NCBI GenBank assembly: GCA_964016885.1
Contig: OZ024742.1
Coordinates: forward strand, 66,464,001-66,528,000
Length of the DNA: 64,000 nucleotides
From: Eledone cirrhosa
Taxonomy: Eukaryota
Direction of reading: 5' to 3'
Part shown: in pieces, positions 55,060 to 64,000 of the stretch
Numbering within the stretch: position 1 is the first letter of the stretch
Layout of the letters: the number at the start of each line of letters is the position of its first letter
Translations under genes and position numbers: made by a program
Notes under the pieces: generated by a model
The model's database searches: none
What the model was told of the DNA's origin: nothing
The model's input: only the letters and a program-made list of their open reading frames with translations

Positions 55060-56000
55060 AAGAAAGAGAAAGAAAGAAAAGCTTGTATTTACGTGAATTT
55101 AAAAAGAATTAACAGTTTGTAGGAATGGTGGAATATGATTCCAGAATTAAAAAATAATACATAGCTATATTATGAGTTATAATATTATATATATAATCAA
55201 TTAGATTATATGAATAATTATGGTTGTAAGTACATTTTATCTTATTATATTGCAACAGGTTGTAATTATATAAATATCTATATAGATTAATAAGTGTGCA
55301 AGTATAAGTATTATTGGTGATTTTATAGAAATAAACCAGACGTATTAATTGTTTACATTTCTAATATGAGTTACGAAGGATGTTGAATTTACATTTTACA
55401 TAAGTATTTAAGAAAAAGACGTAGTTCAAATTGTAAGAGGAGAACTATTTGTAGATTCAAATATTTTCATCCAACATTCAGAACATTGTTAACTTAGCGA
55501 AATTATATATCATACAAGTTATTATGTCTATATTTGCTCAATTGTAAAGGAAAAGATAACTCCAATATTATTTACTAAACACTAAATTTGATGAATGATT
55601 TTCTTAGAAAGTATGTAGAGAAAATCATATATTATTTTGTGTGAGATTATAAGGTATTTTATATTATATGTTTTTCAAGGATGAAAATTTCTATTACATA
55701 CTATCTACGTCGACAGATGTGTGAAAAGTTTGAAGACTAAAGAGAGGAAAAATGTATTATTAGATAAGTCAAGAGTACATTTAGAAGAACTATCGTAAAG
55801 GGGAAATCTTTCAGAATGTCAATTAAAAAGTATCAATCTAAATCTAAAAAATAGATTAAGAAGTGTATTATTAGGAAAAGAATATCAAATGGTAAACATT
55901 TTAATTTTTTAAAGAAAAGCTCAGTAAATAATAGGATCATTTTAAAGGAGTATAAGATGTAGTCAAGTGTAATGAATATCATAAATTAAAAATTCTTTGG
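55060..56000 (-). mobile_element. Possible highly decayed CR1/L2-like LINE 3' region
   Basis: Only faint motifs (FWNHIP near 55145; KYL near 55655) in very AT-rich sequence. Confidence 0.25.
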
Positions 56001-56084
56001 AAATTGGATTTTTGGCGATGTCTGCAAGAAGTAAATAATTCTGTTTTTAAATTAATAGAGTTTTGACAGTTAATTATTTAAAAA

Positions 56085-56460
56085 TTTCCTCGATACACAG
56101 ACACACAGATTCTTGAGAAAAACATATTTCGGTATGCAGGTGCTTTCGAGATCGTTCCCCAAGATATTGAATAGTCTATATTGTTGTCCTTTAAATTCCA
56201 AAGTAGATGTGAAAGTGAAGTGGAAGATATTTTATTAGACCTATTAAATGAATGTTTGTGGTTGTATCAGCGTTCTTTGAATTTATAGATAAATATTTTG
56301 TCTCTAGTTTTAACTGTGCATTTATGAATTAAGTTTTTGTCTAAGCAATTATTTTGTAAAGGTCAGTTTATTCAATTCTACAGTCACATTTTGTTGTACA
56401 TTTTGATTCAATACTACAGTTACAGTTGTTGTTACTAGGAACGGTACTATTATTATGAAT
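56085..56460 (-). pseudogene. Decayed Naiad-type GIY-YIG fragment
   Basis: Manual translation across frameshifts: [65 protein letters not shown]. Confidence 0.75.
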
Positions 56461-56480
56461 ATTTTTATTATTGCTAGCCT

Positions 56481-56553
<73 letters not shown>

Positions 56554-56580
56554 TATATATTATATATATATATATATATA

Positions 56581-56613
<33 letters not shown>

Positions 56614-56676
56614 TATAATATATATATATATGTATATATATATGTATATATATATGTATATACATATATATATATA

Positions 56677-56855
56677 CAGGTAGAGCATAATCCACGAGAG
56701 TATTCGATGCTTGGGTAGTAGAGTGGGTAAAAATATGAAACGATTCATGATCCCAATGGCTGAACTCTGGCCGTTTCGACAGATAGATCCGAACTTAGTT
56801 CCGATCTAGTTGCTGAAACGGCCGAAGCTCAGCCGTCGGGGTTCTGAATCTTTTC

Positions 56856-56860
<5 letters not shown>
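56677..56860 (-). mobile_element. Diverged family Q palindromic element
   Basis: gggtagtagagtgggtaa tail plus a hairpin containing GAAACGGC..GCCGTC ggggt. Confidence 0.65.
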
Positions 56861-56895
<35 letters not shown>

Positions 56896-57017
56896 AATGA
56901 AACAACGGAGTTAAGGACTCGCATTTACCCCTGTCTTTTACTGACTCAACGGAAAATGTTCAGGCTCTTCAAAATACAATATAGAGAAGAGAATACACGA
57001 AAGAATGTGTTTCCTTT

Positions 57018-57097
57018 ACACCTACTGAAGATCCCTGAGACGATATGATTCTTACACTATTTATGGTGAAACATTCTCTATGAGACTGTACAGGTGT
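57018..57097 (+). ncRNA. Type I hammerhead (family N) with long helix III
   Basis: acaccta CTGAAGA tccctgag ... tttatggt GAA ACattctc-tat-gagactGT A caggtgt. Confidence 0.7.
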
Positions 57098-57226
57098 GAT
57101 ATAGTTATAAAGGTGGGTTTATACATTTTAATATATCTTTTTAATTATAATGTATTTCCCATACCGTCGTGGATTTTATTATGTAATTGAAGACATATTC
57201 TTTCATGAATTCTTCTCTCTGAGTTG

Positions 57227-57289
<63 letters not shown>

Positions 57290-57356
57290 TGGCAATCCTG
57301 GAATTAAACCATGAAACCGTTGAGGTATGTCATACATCATTTCATGTATTTTATCT

Positions 57357-57767
57357 GCGGCTAAAGTCACAACCATCAGGAACAACCAACCAGCCACCAG
57401 TGAACGATATGTGGGTATGACGCAAGACAAATCCAAAACGCGTTATTACTCACATGTCGTATCCTTTCGACACCCAGAAAAAAGATTTACAACAGCTCTG
57501 GCTAGCAGAATATGGGATTTGAAAGACCAAGGTATCCAATATAAATTGTATTGGTCAATTTTGAATCAATCTAAAGAATATGCAAGAGGAACAAGAAAAT
57601 GCACGCTCTGCATAAATGAAAAATATTGGATTTTGCAAAAACTTAAATCACCAAAGACCTGCCTAAACACAAAGACAGAAATTTTCACCAGTTGCCCACA
57701 CATGGAATCACACCTGCTTTCCAGCTCATATAAACTTAACACACTTTCAGATACTTATCCTCCATAA
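57357..57767 (+). pseudogene. Naiad-type GIY-YIG fragment; element extends to about 59340
   Basis: SERYVGMTQDKSKTRYYSH..TALASRIWDLKD..CTLCINEK..LNTKTE..CPH. Paralogous to 13172-13690. Confidence 0.85.
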
Positions 57768-57869
57768 GCTCTTATTCTTCACTCAAATTATTCTCTTTAA
57801 GACTACCTTTTCTGATTTACTTTCATTTTTAACCTTAATATTAATTTATTTTTATTATTTTCATTTTAA

Positions 57870-58048
57870 TTTTTATTTTTATTTTTATTTTTATTTTTAT
57901 TTTTATTTTTATTTTTATTTTTATTTTTATTTTTATTTTTATTTTTATTTTTATTTTTATTTTTATTTTTATTTTTATTTTTATTTTTATTTTTATTTTT
58001 ATTTTTATTTTTATTTTTATTTTTATTTTTATTTTTATTTTTATTTTT
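57870..58048. repeat. (TTTTTA)n hexamer array in the PLE 3' UTR
   Basis: Pure run. Confidence 0.97.
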
Positions 58049-59240
58049 ACTTCACATCCACCACTACCCCACACACTTTACTCTCCGATTCACTTACCTA
58101 ATATCTTCACTTTCCACCTTTTACTTCCCTATTTTCTTCACTACCTGATTACACATGTCACTTGCGTTTTCCACTCCAGAAATTTTCTGTTATTTAGCAG
58201 CCAGTTTTATATTTTTATATTTGCAGTCACTCATTCACAAGGCTGTTTTTACACCCTGTATCTATGTGTTTGACCGTCTTTACGTGTGTATACTTTCTGT
58301 ATATGTACACGAACACCTCCGTATGTACGCGCGTGTGCGTGTATATATATGTGTTTGTATGTGTGTTTTTATATCTGTGTCTTTACATCTATGTTTTTGT
58401 ACATTCTTATTTTTTATGTGTGTGCATACTAGCGGGTCAATGTGCGTGAGTGTATGTATGTGTGTGTGTGTGAGTGTGTACGTACTGCATATATGGATGT
58501 GTATGTGTGCGTATGTATATATATATATATATATTTATGTGTGTGTATGTGTTGTGTGTGTATATAGTCGCGTACGTATGCGTATTAGATATACACGGGG
58601 CGATGTATATGTATATATATATATGTGCATCCTGTGTGTGTATGTACGCTTGCATACGCTTTTGCCTGCACCTTTTGCGTGTATATATATATATATATAT
58701 TATAGATATATGTTTCTTTTAGATATATGTGTGTATGTACGCGTGTACCTTGTTTGTTTTCTTTACTTTGCAAATTTATTGTTCCATATTTATAATTATA
58801 TCGAGATTGATACTTTCTTTTTACTATTACATTCCCTTACCTCTTTTTCTTCCGCATATAAGTGTACGCGCGTGCGTGTGTGTTTATACGCGTGCCTTCA
58901 TATTGTTATAATGTATCTAACACCCTGTTTTTTTCTGTATACCTGTCAAACAGACACTCGTATCATGTGGATGTCTATCGCTACATACACACAGATATAC
59001 TCGCCCTCATACATATATTTACGCACACATTTTCACTATACACACGCATTTGTACATACATACATATGTATATCTGTGAGTGTATATACATACATATACA
59101 CACACCTAAATATATTTCTTAAAATATTTTTTTATATATTTTATATTTCATATGTCTATTGTATTACCTTCATCTATATATATATATAATTTTTCTTGCA
59201 TTTCTTGAGGAGACTTTCAAAATATTTATCTATGTTTTAT

Positions 59241-59318
59241 ATTGCCTCGTCCGACGAACGAATGAAGACGTCTCTTTCGTATTCGTCTTATTCGGGAAAC
59301 CTCGGGTAATGAGGTAAT
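59241..59318 (+). ncRNA. Type I hammerhead (family O), U4C core
   Basis: attgcctcgt CCGACGA acgaatgaagacg ... cgtcttattcgg GAA ACC-TCG-GGT A atgaggtaat. 10-bp helix I. Confidence 0.82.
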
Positions 59319-59345
59319 TATTTTGTATTGATTTTTATACATTAT

Positions 59346-59432
<87 letters not shown>

Positions 59433-59509
59433 AGAGGGGGAGAGGGGAGGGGAGAGACCATAAGTGCAAATCAAACACCAGATGTAACAATGTAAATCTA
59501 AGAAATAAT

Positions 59510-59692
59510 TATTTCTAATATTGGCACAATGCCAGCAATTACACAGTACATTACTGGTACTTTATTTATCGACCCCGTAAGGAGGAAAGGTAAAGTTTAG
59601 CTCGGCGGGGTTTGAACTCAGAATGGCAACGGCGGTAACTCAATGCGTCAAAGCATTGCGTCCGACCCTCTACCGATACTGCCAAGTCACCG
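59510..59692 (-). mobile_element. Octopus-type tRNA SINE with 13-bp TSD
   Basis: tctaagaaataat at 59497-59509 and 59693-59705. Confidence 0.9.
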
Positions 59693-60067
59693 TCTAAGAA
59701 ATAATGTTACATCCTAGAAACATTTAGAGAAACAGCGGCAGTAATAACATTTACAACAACATTATAGAAAACATGACATTATCTATTAATTACACAGTAT
59801 CCACTTCAATATCCCAGAATATTTGTAGCGTGACAATTTTTCTTACATTATTTCCATAGCTATGCAATCTGGAGGCGGTGGTAGTGATTGTCATATACAT
59901 AGCACATGATTCAGGAAATGCACATGTAGTGCAGCTAATATTATTAAAAATATAGATTACACTGCATCAGGCAAAATGTTCAATTAATTCTATTTTAAAG
60001 TTAAAAGTACCTTTTAAGAATGTCACATAAATATCATTTCCTATGTGGCATTCTTATAATTGATTTA

Positions 60068-60137
60068 AATAAATTGTTACATATAGACATACGTATACAG
60101 TCACTCATTTAAATATATATATATATAAATATATATA

Positions 60138-60181
<44 letters not shown>

Positions 60182-60223
60182 AACGAGTGACTGTATACGT
60201 ATGTCTATATGTAACAATTTATT
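60068..60223. repeat. Inverted repeat (~45-bp unique arms) around a TA tract
   Basis: aattgttacatatagacatacgtatacagtcactc and its reverse complement. Confidence 0.9.
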
Positions 60224-60254
60224 ATATGTAACAATATATATATATATATATATA

Positions 60255-60321
<67 letters not shown>

Positions 60322-60324
<3 letters not shown>

Positions 60325-60509
60325 CGAAGGAAATGTGGTAAGGAGCCAGGTGGACCATAACGCACCAAAGTACTCAATACTTAGGGTAGTAGAGTGGGTA
60401 ATAGGAACCAGTAAGACCCCGACGGCTGAGCTCAGGCCGTTTCGACGGCTAATTCTGGACTGAATTAGCCGTTGACACGGCTTAAGCTCAGCTGTCGGGG
60501 TCTTACTGG

Positions 60510-60512
<3 letters not shown>
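60322..60512 (-). mobile_element. Family Q palindromic element
   Basis: Reverse homolog of 1499-1700. Hairpin 60405-60512. Confidence 0.75.
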
Positions 60513-60586
<74 letters not shown>

Positions 60587-60867
60587 TGTATATATATATA
60601 CATTTATATATATGTATATGTATATATACATATACATATACATATACATATATATATATGTATATATGTAATTATATATATACATATATGTATAGATGTA
60701 TATATACATATATATATATACATATATATGTACATATATATATACATATATATATACATATATATATACATATATATACATACATATATATATATATATA
60801 CATATATATATACATACATATATATATACCTACATACATATATATATATATACATATACATATATAT

Positions 60868-60898
<31 letters not shown>

Positions 60899-61099
60899 GT
60901 ATTAGTTATACTATTTATGGTTATGTAAATACAAAACCTTATGCAGTTATAAGTATTTTTTATACACACCCTAAATAGTGGTAGGCAGTAATGTATTACT
61001 ACCTTATTACTAGTAAGTTAAGTAGCTCAATGTAAAAACATCAGATGATTTACAGATCAGTTATATGAAATATAAGAATCAAAGAACTGTTTTAAAAAT

Positions 61100-61765
61100 A
61101 CATTATGAAGAGAGAAGAAACATTTAGATATAATTAGTAATAAAATGTATCATACCTAAACTGCTCCTAAATTCCTCGACTACGTAGTTTCGTGGCATAA
61201 ACAAAATATCATAAAGATATAGAGTCCCTGCGAGGTCTGCCGACTTATCAAGAGGATACCTCATTTTACTAGTCTCAAGAACGCGTCTACACGACGTGAG
61301 AAAGAATCCCAAAAGGCGGAAGGGGGAGATAGTCACCCGATATAACGGTCGAGAAACAGAGCTAAGCCTCTTATAACCACGAAGAAAATACCACGGAGGC
61401 GGAGGGGGTATTCATATCGAGGCCGCAGAAGAGGTGGTGAAGAAGGCTAGAAGTATGTGTAATGGAAGCTTTCCAGTTGTCGCCACACTTCAAAGATTGC
61501 TCGACCAGAGGGAGTTATTAACAATATATTTAGAAACACACAGATACATGCGGACACACACATATATACATGAATGCATCCGCACCCAACTGTGAGTTAA
61601 GGGTGCCAACTTCACCGATGTTGGGACTCGCAGGGACTCTATATCTTAATGATATATTGTTTTTGTTTATGCCACGAAACTACGTAGTCGAGGAATTTAG
61701 GAGCAGTTTAGGTATGATACATTTTATTAATAATTATATCTAAATGTTTCTTCTCTCTTCATAAT
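61100..61765 (-). mobile_element. Family D pLTR element with inverted partial copy (61627-61765)
   Basis: Near-identical to 11985-12476 plus 11816-11915. Confidence 0.8.
61173..61256 (-). ncRNA. Hammerhead variant (family D), U3-A8 core
   Basis: tcctc TTGATAA gtcggca ... tgccac GAA ACTACGTAGT C gagga. Confidence 0.75.
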
Positions 61766-61788
61766 GTATATATATATATATATACAAA

Positions 61789-61899
<111 letters not shown>

Positions 61900-62017
61900 T
61901 ATATATATACATATATATATACACTATATAAATATATATATGTATATGGAGTATATAAACATATATATATAAAGTATATATATATATACATATATATAGA
62001 GAGAGTATATATATAGA

Positions 62018-62051
<34 letters not shown>

Positions 62052-62085
62052 TATATATATATATATATAGTATATATATATATAT

Positions 62086-62134
<49 letters not shown>

Positions 62135-62177
62135 TATATATATATATATATATATAGTATATATATATATATATACA

Positions 62178-62248
<71 letters not shown>

Positions 62249-62399
62249 CAGTTTATATATATATATATAAACAGTATATATATATAGATAGATATATATA
62301 TACAGTATATATATATATATATGTATATATATACAGTATATATATATATATGTATATATATATGTATATATATATATACATGTATATATATACAGTATA

Positions 62400-62445
<46 letters not shown>

Positions 62446-62471
62446 ACAGTATATATATATATATATATACA

Positions 62472-62606
<135 letters not shown>

Positions 62607-62867
62607 TCAGAGCAAACAGCACGGACACTCTATCTCAAAATTATTTTTGAAAAGCATTTAGAAATGCGCAACCGGTAAAAACTTAAAAACTTAAAACCAC
62701 AACTGAATACTAACCCATACAATCACTAATACTCTTTTATTCCTAATTAAACCATTTTTCAACTGTGAACAATTTGTCAGCATTTTCTATTCCGTTTACC
62801 AATATATAATAACTTGTGTGTTACACCTCTATTCTTTTAACTATATATATATATATATATATATACA

Positions 62868-62976
<109 letters not shown>

Positions 62977-63034
62977 GTGGGAAAGTAATTAATCAGAGAA
63001 TAGACCGTTAAAACATGTTTATTTAAAACAGCAC

Positions 63035-63074
63035 TTATGTACGTTTCGCCCAGTTGGGCTTCTCAAGGGCATAA
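63035..63074 (-). ncRNA. Minimal hammerhead variant (family P), U3-A8 core
   Basis: ttatgccc TTGAGAA gccc-aact-gggc GAA ACGT A cataa. Confidence 0.6.
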
Positions 63075-63080
63075 ATAATC

Positions 63081-63253
63081 ATACCCTATTTTTAATATGA
63101 TATCCCTGAAATATATATAATGAAATAAATATGGTTTTATAAATATAGTTTCCATTTATTTAATATCGTAAATATACTCCAAATACTTGTTGAGTGCTTT
63201 TATATCAGTTATAAATATTTACTCGTTGTAACCCAACAATTTAAATAAAACTT

Positions 63254-63257
<4 letters not shown>
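63081..63257 (+). mobile_element. Family A pLTR truncated inside helix II
   Basis: Matches 33233-33410. Confidence 0.8.
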
Positions 63258-63294
<37 letters not shown>

Positions 63295-63298
63295 TATG

Positions 63299-63492
<194 letters not shown>

Positions 63493-63547
63493 GTGGGAAA
63501 GTAAAAAATCGGAGAATAGACCGTTAAAACATATTTATTTAAAACAG

Positions 63548-63585
63548 CACCCGTACGTTTCGCTGAGTTGGGCTTCTCAAGGGCA
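63548..63585 (-). ncRNA. Minimal hammerhead variant (family P) in a Naiad 3' pLTR
   Basis: tgccc TTGAGAA gcccaactcagc GAA ACGT A c gggtg. Confidence 0.6.
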
Positions 63586-63870
63586 TAAATAATCACAAGT
63601 GTTCCTTATATTGCTCGGAAAGAGTTTTTGGGGCTAAATCCACATCAAGTTTCATTGCTAGCAAAAATATCTTGTTTTGATTTTGCAGCAGGTCAAGGGA
63701 GATAACTCTGGCCGGTGTTAGGGCAGTCTTTCCCGGACAATTTTTTTTTTTTCCGCAACTGTTTGTCTGAGGCTGGGTCTGGTACGCAAGGATTGTTACC
63801 TGGGTGTTATTTTGCAGCGCCTGCCCGCCGGGGTGTTAAGACTTGTTGCAGGGAGATCCGGTGTACGGTT

Positions 63871-63999
63871 TCACTCCTCATCCTTAACCCATCTGAAGAA
63901 GGATATTTTTAAGCGATGTGTACAACTTATCGCTGTTTCAGCTCTGCTGTTGATGAGCTCGTGGGGTGCAGTTATGATGAGGTAGAGCTCCATGAGGCA
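63871..63999 (-). CDS. C-terminus of a Naiad-type PLE protein running off the window edge
   Basis: CLMELYLIITAPHELINSRAETAISCTHRLKISFFRWVKDEE*. Matches the CLxE..LN.R.E...C.H end motif and is followed by an HHR-bearing pLTR. Confidence 0.65.
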   Translation of the reverse strand, partial: CLMELYLIITAPHELINSRAETAISCTHRLKISFFRWVKDEE

Positions 64000-64000
64000 A

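Overview
AT-rich eukaryotic DNA saturated with (TA)n/(TG)n microsatellites; no host gene can be supported with confidence. A recurrent tRNA-derived SINE resembles octopus SINE families, so an octopod cephalopod is the likely source (inference). Almost all complex sequence is transposon-derived: two near-full-length Tx1-clade LINEs head-to-head (21.4-26.2 kb minus, 26.7-32.5 kb plus) plus fragments, at least six Penelope-like (PLE) coding remnants (five Naiad-type GIY-YIG ends, one RT+GIY-YIG), a non-autonomous Helitron, RTE-derived and R4/Dong remnants. The main signal is invisible in the ORF track. Reading both strands by eye I find about 25 complete or near-complete type I hammerhead ribozyme (HHR) motifs plus several half-motifs, in about 17-19 sequence families. 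They sit in PLE pseudo-LTRs, tandem retrozyme-like units and long palindromes embedded in TA tracts. They include U3-A8 core variants, long helix II insertions, and palindromes folded back at helix II. All pairings were worked out manually and none is experimentally tested.
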